In this document: piece by piece, positions 25,129-35,700 of the stretch
How positions within the stretch are numbered: the first letter of the stretch is position 1
How the letters are laid out: each line of letters starts with the position of its first letter
Source of the DNA: a virus
Direction: 5' to 3' (one strand)
Length of the DNA stretch: 64,000 nt
Virus record (IMG/VR): IMGVR_UViG_3300045988_075599
Span: 1 to 64,000 of that record
Notes under the pieces: generated by a model
Database searches by the model: none
What the model was told of the DNA's origin: nothing
Seen by the model: only the letters and a program-made list of their open reading frames with translations
Translations under genes and position numbers: made by a program

Positions 25129-25716
25129 ATGGAACAAATTAATAACCTCAGCGTAGGTGATTTGGTATACGTTCCAGAATATGGTATGGGTATTGTATGG
25201 CGACATCATGACCATTTGGAAGACATTTTCGACGTAGCCTTTAGTGGCGAATCAATCATGTACACCAAAACAGGCGACGAAGCAACATTCGACAAGGTGT
25301 CGCAAACATATACCTCAACATATGACGAGGAGTTATCTGTTAAGCGATTTGCTCCGATTGTAGGACGCAGATTGACTAAAGGGATGCAAGTTTATAATGT
25401 GGTCTATGGTATTGGTATTGTGATTATTGCGTCTCCCCCAGATGACGAACGGCTATACGGTAGAGCGGTCTCGTATTTCGCCAGCGGTGACATAAACAAA
25501 GAAACATGCTATAATGGGCAATTTTTGCATGATTACGGTGTCAATTTGTCTAATGACGTATTTCCTATGTATAACTTTAGACCGTTTGCTCACTCTAAGC
25601 AAGATATAGAACGAGCTGTATGTGAAGCGTCATTAAAAGATTTGTCAGAACGATATGTTGAACTCCTTGAACGCTATAAAAAACTTGGTGGAGACGATAG
25701 TGATTATAGGATATAG
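25129..25716 (+). CDS. hypothetical protein with two SH3/CarD-like GD.V....G.G.V repeats
   Basis: ATG at 25129 after AGGTGA. Repeats VGDLVYVPEYGMGIV and KGMQVYNVVYGIGIV. Confidence 0.55.
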   Translation: MEQINNLSVGDLVYVPEYGMGIVWRHHDHLEDIFDVAFSGESIMYTKTGDEATFDKVSQTYTSTYDEELSVKRFAPIVGRRLTKGMQVYNVVYGIGIVIIASPPDDERLYGRAVSYFASGDINKETCYNGQFLHDYGVNLSNDVFPMYNFRPFAHSKQDIERAVCEASLKDLSERYVELLERYKKLGGDDSDYRI

Positions 25717-25824
25717 TTAATGAGCCTATTGAGTGTGGATAAAGCAATTTATCCATACTAATAGCCCCATTAACTTAGTAGGGGTAGTATTTAGTGGCTA
25801 CAGAAGTAGCAGAAAGAGGTGCTT

Positions 25825-26901
25825 ATGTGCGTTATCGCTTTTTATCCGAAGGGCTTGCCGTTTAACAATGGCGAATTGAAAAACTGCTTCAAGAATAATC
25901 CCGATGGAGCAGGTGTAATGTGGCAGGATGGTGGTAAAGTCCATATCAAGAAGGGTTTCATGAAGCAGAAAGCCTTTTTTAAGTTCCTGAAAACTCTTCC
26001 TACAGACGTTGATAGAGTGCTTCATTTCAGAATCGCTACGTCTGGCAAGGTAAGCGGTGCATGCTGCCATCCATTCCCAGTCGCAAACGATTTCAAGACA
26101 ATGATGCAGACTGAGATTGAAGTTCCAGTCGCTTACGCCCATAACGGTGTGCTGACTGATTACACACCTAAAGAAGGGATGAAATCTCCGTTCTCTGATA
26201 CGATGGTCTTTGGTAAAGAAGTTCTCGACCATTTGGTTCGGAAACATGTTGACCTTTTCGACCCAGTTATCGACGTGATGATTGAATCGACTATTGATGG
26301 CGACAGAATGGCTATCATGAATGGCCATGAGGTCGTTACAATGGGGAAATTCATCACGAGTACAGTCAGTGGCGCTCAGTATTCTAACGGCTCTTACTCT
26401 TACGATAGAAGTCTGTGGAAATCGTATACCTACGGTGGTGGGTATTACGATACTTGCGGATACTATCACGTCTGCTCTAACGCGAATACAACCGCACCCA
26501 AGAGAGAATCGAGAAGGAAAGACACAAAAGATTCCAAAAGCACCACTATTGTGAAGGAAGCTGACTACGGATTCTCTTGTGTCAGTTTCATGGCAAAGAT
26601 TACGTTTAATCCATCAGACCATGGACTTGCTGGTTACACCCGTAACGACTATGAACAGTTTGTTTTGGACAATCTGGAAGCGTATAACGTCTATGGTCTC
26701 GACCTCAATATCTCGGCTATAGGAGAACACTCTATGACATTCACAGTCGAATGTATGATGTATGCAGATGACGCTCTCGCACAGTTCTACAATGTCTACG
26801 AAGGGAAAACCTTCAGTGACGTATGGGAAAGCAACGATTCGTTACATAGTGTCAGTGTAGACATCGCAATATCGGATGTTAATTTTGACACCATTGCGTA
26901 A
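25825..26901 (+). CDS. class-II (Ntn) glutamine amidotransferase-like protein with C-terminal extension
   Basis: ATG at 25825 gives an MCVIAF.. N-terminus, with Cys2 as the nucleophile position. NPDGAGVMW motif present. Confidence 0.65.
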   Translation: MCVIAFYPKGLPFNNGELKNCFKNNPDGAGVMWQDGGKVHIKKGFMKQKAFFKFLKTLPTDVDRVLHFRIATSGKVSGACCHPFPVANDFKTMMQTEIEVPVAYAHNGVLTDYTPKEGMKSPFSDTMVFGKEVLDHLVRKHVDLFDPVIDVMIESTIDGDRMAIMNGHEVVTMGKFITSTVSGAQYSNGSYSYDRSLWKSYTYGGGYYDTCGYYHVCSNANTTAPKRESRRKDTKDSKSTTIVKEADYGFSCVSFMAKITFNPSDHGLAGYTRNDYEQFVLDNLEAYNVYGLDLNISAIGEHSMTFTVECMMYADDALAQFYNVYEGKTFSDVWESNDSLHSVSVDIAISDVNFDTIA

Positions 26902-26920
26902 TTAGAAAGGAGACTAATAC

Positions 26921-29410
26921 ATGCCTAGATATTGTCAATTCACAGAGAATGTCCGATTCCATCGCTCCTTGGCTAGTATGCCACACGAACATGGGATTGT
27001 AGGAGTCGGACTTGTTAGTTCTCGTAGTCGTTCATTGAGCCATAACGTCAGAACTGTTTTGCGTGATGTACAGGATTGTGTTGACCAGCACCAGTTCCTG
27101 CCAGATAACTTTATTTGGTGTACTCACGAAGAATATGAACATAACTGGCCGTATTTGGCGAACGAGTTACTGAGAACACGCCCGACTACGACGGATACTA
27201 GCCCGATTGTCCCTGCATTAGATATGCCAAAGTTTTCGATAGGTATTACGAAGAATTTGGATATTATTACAAGAGACTCGAATGGTCGTTGGATTTATCT
27301 TGAGAAAACTGGTAACACTGTTGAGGTAGTTCTCTCTGATGTTGCACCTGATTGTCTCGTTGTTTATCGCACTGGGAATAGCGATGCATCAAGACACCTC
27401 TCGGAGAACAGGTATTGGGTAACTGTTCGTGGCGGTAATTATGTAATCGTAAGACCGCCAATTAACTGTCCAAATGATATCCATGTCCCATACGGTTCAT
27501 TTTTGAACTCGCGATTCGTATTCCATGGTGACAATAGCTACGTCATGGAGTCGGTGCTTTCAATCCACGTGTTCCTTGTTGGAAACGAAGAAATCACGAC
27601 GTTTTCGTATCCACGGAGCGGGGTGTACGGACAGCTTGTCCTTCATGAGAATGGCACCAAAGTATACATGACACTTACGCCAGTTTACCCAGATATTTTC
27701 GGTTGCAAACTTACACGTAAGTACAAAGTCCCTATTATGTCTGCCTTTGATGTGTCACCCTCTGCGCTTTGTGGCAGATTGTCTGATACATACAACATCA
27801 ATACGGTTGATGATGAGTACGTAGACTGCTTGAACGGTGACACTCTCACGTATGGCTCGCACCCTACACTGTGCCACGGAATACCGACAAGAGAGGCAGC
27901 ATTCAGAAACAATTTTGTGACTGAAGATGGCGTTCATCGTTCTGTGTGGCTTCGTTCAATGTCTGTTGACGAAGATGGCAATAAGGTGTACAGGAACTTC
28001 GATGACGGATTCATGATGAACATGCTGAGAAACGTTCCGTTTAACGCAATACGAAATTGTCTTATGGAGTACGAAGGGGAAAGCTATCGGTGGGACGGCA
28101 GAAACTCCGCGTGGATTCGTGCGGATGATGCCGTATATATTCCACCAAGAGCTTCACGAAGCGCACTCGATATCTTTACACATAGTCGGTTCGTCCGGTG
28201 CGTAGAATGCCCGTTGTGTCATTCAAAGACTATGGTAGGCGGTAGGTATACGTTCTCCTATTTCATTGATGGGAAGAAGTATTCTAAACCGATGTGCGAC
28301 CGCTGCGTTTCTATCCTTTTCGATGGTAATCCGCTGGATATTCCGATTGAAGATGGCAGTGTATTGCACGTAAATAGCTGTGACGTATGCGGCTACAATG
28401 GAGAATATACGTTGTCAAAGTGGTGGGTACGTGTATCTGGTGAAGAAGAAGGTTTCATCGACGAGTATGCAGTATGGAATCACGATACACAGCAGTGGAA
28501 ACTGGTAGATGATGAAGATGGTACGCTGTATCTTGCTTTCACATCCAGAGGATATATTCTCACCGAAAGATACTGCACTCACATCAACGGGTATTTCTAC
28601 AAGCCAGAACCTATATTCTTCAAGGGTAATAACGAGAACACGCACAAGTTCTTCGGTATTGAACTTGAAGTTATGGATGGCGGTGAAAGTTCTGACAATG
28701 CAAAAGAAGTATGCAGTAACCATGAGGAACTGTATGCAAAACATGATGGTTCGTTGACGAACGGTATGGAATTGGTATCACATCCATGTACTGTTAGTTG
28801 GCACTTAACTCACCTGTGGACTGATGTTTTAACAAGGCTCCGCACGTTGCGTTATCATGCTCGTAACGGCAGTGGTATTCATGTACATGTATCGAGAAAG
28901 TATTGGGAAAACAATGGTGGAGCTTGTCACATTGCAAACTTGATTACGTTTTGCGATACGAACAGGGAAGCACTGAGGCTTTATGCGAATAGAGAGAAAG
29001 AAACGTTCGACCACTGGACACATAGCTACATGTCTCCATCTGCTACAAAGAAAACCGTCTCTACAACGTTAGGAACGTTAGGTGATACCGAAGAAGCAAT
29101 GCAGGATATGTACGAAAGATACAGTGGAACTACAGACCATTATTCTGTAGTCAATCTGAGCAATGCTTCAACGGTAGAGATTCGAGCATTTGCAAGTACG
29201 CTGAGTATAACTCGTATGCATAGTATCATCCAGTTCGTTGACGTATTGACGGAGCTGTCTACCGAAGCAACGTTAGGCAATCCGATTACGTTCGGACTTA
29301 TCCAGACAAGAGCACAGGATAAAGGATATACCGCCCTGTTACAAGACCCGAAGTTCGCCGAAGCTATCGAGGAAACTAACCGTCATGTAGATACTCGTAT
29401 TTGCTCCTAG
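26921..29410 (+). CDS. large amidoligase-like protein 2 (about 560-aa Cys-rich N-terminal region plus C-terminal amidoligase domain)
   Basis: 829 aa. C-terminal motifs FFGIELEV, GSGIHVHVSRK and VEIRAFAST. N-terminal CxxC pairs (CVECPLCH, CDRC, CDVCGY). Confidence 0.6.
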   Translation: MPRYCQFTENVRFHRSLASMPHEHGIVGVGLVSSRSRSLSHNVRTVLRDVQDCVDQHQFLPDNFIWCTHEEYEHNWPYLANELLRTRPTTTDTSPIVPALDMPKFSIGITKNLDIITRDSNGRWIYLEKTGNTVEVVLSDVAPDCLVVYRTGNSDASRHLSENRYWVTVRGGNYVIVRPPINCPNDIHVPYGSFLNSRFVFHGDNSYVMESVLSIHVFLVGNEEITTFSYPRSGVYGQLVLHENGTKVYMTLTPVYPDIFGCKLTRKYKVPIMSAFDVSPSALCGRLSDTYNINTVDDEYVDCLNGDTLTYGSHPTLCHGIPTREAAFRNNFVTEDGVHRSVWLRSMSVDEDGNKVYRNFDDGFMMNMLRNVPFNAIRNCLMEYEGESYRWDGRNSAWIRADDAVYIPPRASRSALDIFTHSRFVRCVECPLCHSKTMVGGRYTFSYFIDGKKYSKPMCDRCVSILFDGNPLDIPIEDGSVLHVNSCDVCGYNGEYTLSKWWVRVSGEEEGFIDEYAVWNHDTQQWKLVDDEDGTLYLAFTSRGYILTERYCTHINGYFYKPEPIFFKGNNENTHKFFGIELEVMDGGESSDNAKEVCSNHEELYAKHDGSLTNGMELVSHPCTVSWHLTHLWTDVLTRLRTLRYHARNGSGIHVHVSRKYWENNGGACHIANLITFCDTNREALRLYANREKETFDHWTHSYMSPSATKKTVSTTLGTLGDTEEAMQDMYERYSGTTDHYSVVNLSNASTVEIRAFASTLSITRMHSIIQFVDVLTELSTEATLGNPITFGLIQTRAQDKGYTALLQDPKFAEAIEETNRHVDTRICS

Positions 29411-31011
29411 AGAAATACCAATTAGATGGCGTTAGTCTTATGAAAAGAAAGGACACATTCATACAAGCTGACAGTATGGGTATGGGAAAGACTGCACAAG
29501 CAATCGAGTACATGAAACAAACTACCGACTGTCACTTTATTGTAGTGTGTCCTTCTTCTCTTAAATCTAACTGGTGTCGCGAACTCAATGACTGGTTAGG
29601 CATAACAGTTAAACCCGACATCTACACGGGGGATATTATTGTGACTAACTACGAGAAAGTAGGACGCATGATAGATATGATTGGTGATTATGTGTATAAT
29701 TTTAAGGGGGTAATATTTGACGAAGCACACATGATTAAAAATGTATACGCTGGTAGAACGTATGAAGCCAAACGCCTTGTCGATAAGGTTGGTAATCCAA
29801 TGATGTTGACAGGCACACCAATACTGAATAGGCCTAACGATTTGTTAGGCCTATTGTACGTTGGTGGCAAGCTATCAGAGTTCGGTGGCATTGATGCATA
29901 CACACGGCGATACATCCCCAATGTAGAAAAAGATAATGCCATTTTCTATTGTAACTTTGCACATCTCGATGAGCTACACGAAAAGATAGAACCTTTTGTT
30001 TGTCGCCGTCGATGGTGTGATATTCGCCGCCCAACCTTCCCGATTAAGAAAACGGAAGTGACGCTAGGTAACTTTGCTAACGCTCCATTGTCATCAGTCA
30101 ACATCACTAACATACAGAAGGTAGAGACTGAGGTAATGAAACGTAAGCTACCTCTAGTTGTACGCTGGATTCAAAGGGATTACGATACGCATCATGAGCC
30201 GTTGGTTGTGTTTGCTAATCATCGGCAAATGATAGACGTATTAAGTGCGGTGTTTCCTAATAGCACTGTAGTGTATGGTGGTATGACGTACAAAGAAAAG
30301 GAACAGAATGTACAGAAGTTCCTGAATGGTGACGCCGATATTATTCTATGCTCGTTAGCTTGTGCTGCTTGCGGACTTAATTTAGTTCGCTCTCATAGAG
30401 TTGTGTTCGCAGAGTTCCCTTGGACTAAAGGGATATACGAACAGGCTATTGCTAGGTGTGCAAGACGAGGGCAAACTAAGACTACAGAAGTGTTCGCATT
30501 GATTATGGAGAACAGTTACGATAGGTATCGACTAGAACAAATGAGATGGAAGTCTGCAATAGCCGATGATATTATTGACGGAAAGGATAAGAAAGATGGA
30601 AGATATTATCTTGGTAATTTACCTCATAGTGTCCTTGCTTGTCTTGAAGATGGTAGTATAGATACATCACCATACTTCGGCATGGATATTTACTCCGATG
30701 AATTTACCATAGCTATCGGAGAGATGTCACGCGATTGGTTGCTTGCCAATACGCAAGTGAAAGGTGATGAGGATATATACTGGGAGTGTGTGTTCTGCTG
30801 TTTCACGCAATATGTATTCGGCATGGCTATTAGTATGTTGTCGCAAGGTTTGTCATATGATACGTCTAACCTAAGCAACATGAATTTACTAGCGGACATG
30901 TCTGGCTATGGTTTGAAAACATTGCAAGCTAGATACACATGGTTCCTTAATCGGTGTAAGCAGTTAGGATTTGACCAGTCGTGGATATTCCTAGTTCGAT
31001 TCAATTCGTAA
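29401..31011 (+). CDS. SNF2-family ATPase/helicase
   Basis: YQLDGV, ADSMGMGKT (motif I), FDEAHMIKN (motif II), and a helicase C region (..QAIARCARRGQ). TTG start overlaps the upstream stop; there is no ATG before the Q-motif. Confidence 0.8.
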   Translation: MLLEKYQLDGVSLMKRKDTFIQADSMGMGKTAQAIEYMKQTTDCHFIVVCPSSLKSNWCRELNDWLGITVKPDIYTGDIIVTNYEKVGRMIDMIGDYVYNFKGVIFDEAHMIKNVYAGRTYEAKRLVDKVGNPMMLTGTPILNRPNDLLGLLYVGGKLSEFGGIDAYTRRYIPNVEKDNAIFYCNFAHLDELHEKIEPFVCRRRWCDIRRPTFPIKKTEVTLGNFANAPLSSVNITNIQKVETEVMKRKLPLVVRWIQRDYDTHHEPLVVFANHRQMIDVLSAVFPNSTVVYGGMTYKEKEQNVQKFLNGDADIILCSLACAACGLNLVRSHRVVFAEFPWTKGIYEQAIARCARRGQTKTTEVFALIMENSYDRYRLEQMRWKSAIADDIIDGKDKKDGRYYLGNLPHSVLACLEDGSIDTSPYFGMDIYSDEFTIAIGEMSRDWLLANTQVKGDEDIYWECVFCCFTQYVFGMAISMLSQGLSYDTSNLSNMNLLADMSGYGLKTLQARYTWFLNRCKQLGFDQSWIFLVRFNS

Positions 31012-31027
31012 ACACGACATACTAAAA

Positions 31028-31060
31028 GGGCGTAACTCGTATGGGTTACGCCCTTTTTTT
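31028..31060. terminator. bidirectional intrinsic terminator between convergent operons
   Basis: GGGCGTAAC-8 nt-GTTACGCCC hairpin followed by T7. A 4-A run on the other side. Confidence 0.75.
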
Positions 31061-31553
31061 ATTTGTTTTCTATCGTCGTGATACTAGGGTTGTTGCTATC
31101 GCCCTCAAGTTCCAGCGTCTTAAAGCGTTGTAACAAGTCGTAAGTAATCTTACTATCGGTGGAAATAAATTTATTCTCCGTAACTTCTCTCTTATCAGGT
31201 GCTGCAAGTCCAGCTCTATCTAAGATGTCTTTGCTTGCGTTAAACCTAACAAGTTCAGAACGTGCGTTAAAGGCTAGGTCTTTTAAGTTCTCATAAATCA
31301 ATGCGCTATCATCAAGGAACTGTTGTCGCATTGCCTCTTGCTTATCCGCGATAAGTTCTTTCTGTACTTGAGTTAAGCCGCCTGTCTTTCCTATCGAACC
31401 TCTTGCCGTCTTAATTGGTACGCCAGCCGATACCTGTTCGACTACCTGAATGTCATCGTCAGTGACGTAGCGTTGATAGCTTCGTCCTTTTCTACCAGCT
31501 TTCCCATCCTTACGATTGAAATGTTTATCTCCGTACTCTTTTAGTGCCGACAA
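31059..31553 (-). CDS. hypothetical protein (164 aa)
   Basis: ORF track. Basic N-terminus. The ..ASKDILDRAGL.. segment faintly recalls small-terminase-like proteins, but I cannot support that call. Confidence 0.5.
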   Translation of the reverse strand: MSALKEYGDKHFNRKDGKAGRKGRSYQRYVTDDDIQVVEQVSAGVPIKTARGSIGKTGGLTQVQKELIADKQEAMRQQFLDDSALIYENLKDLAFNARSELVRFNASKDILDRAGLAAPDKREVTENKFISTDSKITYDLLQRFKTLELEGDSNNPSITTIENK

Positions 31554-31565
31554 TAAATCACCTCC

Positions 31566-32369
31566 CTATATAGTCATGCCAGCATCCATCGCTAACTTTA
31601 ACTGTTCATTCCACATAGGATTTAAGAATCTATTCTTAGTGTCACCACTCATCTGACAGATAAAATATCCCATAGGTAACGGGCGACCGCCGCCCTTCTT
31701 AATGTAGTCTGGGTACGCCTGAAAGGATGGTTGCTTAATCTCCCATACTGTTCTAGCTACTGGGCATTTAGCAAATACATTATGCTGAATACTAATCTTT
31801 GGTGTAGCTGATGGTGCATGCCTATGTTCTTTCCATACACAATCAGCATTGAAGTAATCATATGCATCCTGTCTTACTACATGCTTATGAATAATGTAAT
31901 GCACGTAGCAATTCTTGTTGACATTAAAGTACACAATACCCTGACTACCCTTGTACAGATTCCTATCACCTAAGAGCGAGGCTACTACACCTTCAACGCT
32001 GATATAGGTGTCGCTGTATACTCTGTCTGGATGGTTGCCAGATATAATGCCTAAGAGTTTGCCACTATCATACAAAGGTTTGATGTCATCAACGAGTGCA
32101 TAGATTTGTTTATCCCCACTCAGAGTTTCCTCAATGATACTACCCTTGCTGGTTCTTGTCACCGTGTTAGTTGCATCACCGCCGATTACAACCTTCACGT
32201 TATCGGGCAAGCTATTCAAGAACTCAATCTCATTCTTGAAATAGTCTCTATCATTTAACCCCTCGTGAATGTCAGATAACACAGCGAGATAACCGAAGTC
32301 ACCTTCAACTCTGCACTGCATTACGTGTTGCTTTAATGTTTCTTGGATAACTTTTTCTTGTGTAGCCAT
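31566..32369 (-). CDS. calcineurin-like metallophosphoesterase
   Basis: Motifs LSDIHEG, GGDATN and GNHPDR in the canonical order. Confidence 0.75.
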   Translation of the reverse strand: MATQEKVIQETLKQHVMQCRVEGDFGYLAVLSDIHEGLNDRDYFKNEIEFLNSLPDNVKVVIGGDATNTVTRTSKGSIIEETLSGDKQIYALVDDIKPLYDSGKLLGIISGNHPDRVYSDTYISVEGVVASLLGDRNLYKGSQGIVYFNVNKNCYVHYIIHKHVVRQDAYDYFNADCVWKEHRHAPSATPKISIQHNVFAKCPVARTVWEIKQPSFQAYPDYIKKGGGRPLPMGYFICQMSGDTKNRFLNPMWNEQLKLAMDAGMTI

Positions 32370-32782
32370 ACGTCCTCCAAATACTGTCTCATTTCTTTAC
32401 CATACTTACCATTAAGTAAGTCACACCTAATATCTTTAATCCACTTATCGTACTCTTCGGTACATGGTTTACTTAATCGCTCTTGCCAGTCTGGATACCT
32501 GTCTTTAATCGTAGAAAGGAACAGGTCTAACATACCCTGCTCCTCCTGTTCGACTAAAGTTTCTTCTATGCTAGGGGCACAGGGTTCCTTGCACATGTAG
32601 TTCATTGGCATCTTGTTGAACATCTTGAGAGCGATGCGTGTTTCACAATACGCACACTGCCGTTCGTTAAGTCTAGTGATTCTCCTGATAGAGGAGCATA
32701 CCTGCTTGTCGTTTAACTTACCAGCTCGGTACTCGTCTATCATACGGTTCATAAACTTAACTGTGTTAGGCCCTTTCGCCAC
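32333..32782 (-). CDS. hypothetical protein (149 aa)
   Basis: ORF track only. Confidence 0.5.
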   Translation of the reverse strand: MAKGPNTVKFMNRMIDEYRAGKLNDKQVCSSIRRITRLNERQCAYCETRIALKMFNKMPMNYMCKEPCAPSIEETLVEQEEQGMLDLFLSTIKDRYPDWQERLSKPCTEEYDKWIKDIRCDLLNGKYGKEMRQYLEDVWLHKKKLSKKH

Positions 32783-32794
32783 TCATATCACCTC

Positions 32795-35700
32795 TTACAC
32801 CGCGCACCCCGACGCACCACAGGAATCACACTGCCAGCAATGACCCGATAACTTTACGTTCTTGCTATGACATTCTGGGCATTCCATTTCTCTTGGTCTA
32901 TCCTCGACTTCTACTTCCTGAATAATTGGCTCATGCGAATCAAGAGTATACGCATCGTTCAATGTCATACCTACTGCAAACCCTACGCTATCTGCGTTCA
33001 GCTTGAATAACTGTTTAATGATAGCATCAATGCTTACACCACACCGCATCGAGAGTGAGATAAGTCTAGTGATACCATCGACTTCATCCTTGTGGCGTTC
33101 ACTGTTTACGAAAATCTCAAACAGTTTATCGTCCTTCCAGTTGACTGTGATATACAATTTAGTACCGTCGCCCATCACCTGTGTATAGGTTTTACCAACG
33201 AGTGTACCAATATCACCACGGCGTTCTGGTTTAAGACTGTCATGAAGGATGGTAGGTTTCTCTTCCTTCTTACTCAGCCCAAGGATATTACCTCTCGCGC
33301 AGTTGTCTCTGAATACAGTGATACCTTTACACCCTACCTGCCATGCCGCATCATAGATAGCGAAGATGTCATCAGGTGTAGCAGACTCTGGCAGATTAAC
33401 CGTAGAACTGATGGAGTTATCTACGTACTTCTGCATAGTTGCCTGTGTCAGTATACGTCGAATCGGTTCAACATCATGAGACTCGATAACGTATGGGAAC
33501 ATCTTCTTAATATCTTCTGCACTCGTATCCATTGGCAGCTCGTTTCGTGCAAGCAAGTCCTCGATAGAATGTGAGAATACTCTGAACGTCTTACCCTGTT
33601 CTTCAAGTTTGTGCGTAGTTCTTTCGTAGTACAGTTTATAGATTGGTTCACAACCACCAGTATATCTACCAGCCAGCAAACTAATACTACCAGTTGGAGC
33701 AATGCTAATAAGCTGTCCGTTAAGCAAGCCGTGTTCCTTCACACATTTCTTCGTGTCATCATCAAGGGACTGGAAGAATTTAGAATCAGCCGTCTTGTCG
33801 TAGTCATATTCGCCGAACGTATTGAAATAATCCTGACACAGTAAAGCCGACGCCTTCACTGCTTCATTCGTAAGACAGTGAAACAACTTACGAGTAAACT
33901 CCAATGCCTTATCGCTCCCGTATTCCAGTCCAAGTTCCACAAGCATGTCAGCATAACCGAACACGCCTAACCCAATCGGTCTCCAGTCGCGGATATACTT
34001 ACGGTTCTCTTCATATGGCTGCTTATCATACGAGTAATCAAGTGCATCGTTAAGTGCTCGAACTGCAACATGTACTGTATCAATGAACGAATCCCAGCAG
34101 AACTTACCAGTGCGCATGTGTACGAACTTAGCTAAGTTGATACTACCTAAGTTGCATGAACCCCACGCACCCAGCGGAAGTTCGGCGCAGTTGCCAGTCA
34201 GCATACCATTAGCAATGAACGTATGGTTCTTAGGTTCATTCATGCAATATACTTTATCAGCCATCGGAGCTTCCGAGATAGACACTACGGTAATAAACCT
34301 AGATGCATCTCTGTTCGGGTAACATTCGGTGTCAACCCTATGAGTATGAAGTCCGAGTTTATTCAGCTTGTTCATATACCATGATGCGATGGTCAGTCGG
34401 TAACAGTCCTGGCAATGATACTTCTTGTACCCGCCTTTACCATCTGGCATAAGTCTATCTGCCGCCGCCCTTACACGAGATACTGTCGAATGAATACCAA
34501 GCGTAGTGAGCATGAGTCTCAGTCTATCCATAAACGGCTTATTGATGGACGTAATACTTACGCTACCATCCTCGGAGTTACGGCTCCCGTCAGTGTCAAT
34601 CAGTCCAGCTAAGAAATTCAGTCTATCGCTAATGCTAGTATCAGACATTGGGATATAAAACTTTTCTTTCAGTACACCCTTCGGCACAAGTACCACATCT
34701 CTTCTGTCTTCGTGCTTCACATCTTCACTATCGATATAGTTAATCAGATGTTTCTTGCCATCATACAATGCGATGCTACGTCTGCCAGTAGTACCATCAC
34801 CAGCATACACACCCTGTGTATACATCTGGCTACCAGTGCTATCGATACTTGCGTTATCCTTACCTACTACAGGGAGATGGCACTTAGCTAACTTTGTACC
34901 AACCGTCAAGTCTTCTGCTTTAATACGTTCACCATTAGCCAGTACCCATTTGTGATAATAGGTACAGTCAACAGATGAACCATCTGAAAATTTAACAGTA
35001 AGCATAGGCATGTCAGTGCCAGTCAGCTTAGGTGTAGTCAAACTCCACTCCTCACCATTCCATACTTCTACTTCTTTATCCGCTAATGTTTCAATAGGCA
35101 TGTAGCCATACTTGGTAAGGATTAAAGTGTCACCTCTTACACATGGGTTTGTCGTAAGGATATGGAAGTTATCATATCCAGACAACAGGTTGTAGTCATT
35201 GAACTCGTCAATGAATAATGCACCTGGGTCTCCCCAATTCCACTGACATTCGCAGAACTTCTTAAAGAACTCACGAGCCTTAATTGTTTTCTCGATATGT
35301 TCGCCTGTAGACTCCACATCAAACTTCAGTGTGTATGGTTTGTCACAATCTACCGCAGTCATAAACTCATCGGTGAATTTAATAGACACGTTCATAGACT
35401 GGAGCCTGTCACCTTTCATCTTGGTATCAAGCAACTCTTCGATATCAGGATGAGAACAATCAATAGATACCATGGTTGCTCCGCGTCTACCATGCTGACT
35501 GATAACGTTACCAGTCTCGTTGAACAAATCAAGGAACGATACAGCACCAGTAGAACTCTTAGCTGCGTTGTTTACTTTAGCATTACGTGGACGGAGAATG
35601 GAAATGTCAGTGCCAACTCCACCACCCTTACTAAAGATACGAGCCATGTGTTTGTTCGCTTCGTAGATTGCTTCGATAGTATCATCTTCGATAGGAACTA

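Noticed and set aside
31059-31553. 164-aa protein as small terminase
   Set aside because: I have only a vague resemblance (..ILDRAGL..) and a location far from terL at the end of the replication operon. That is insufficient evidence.
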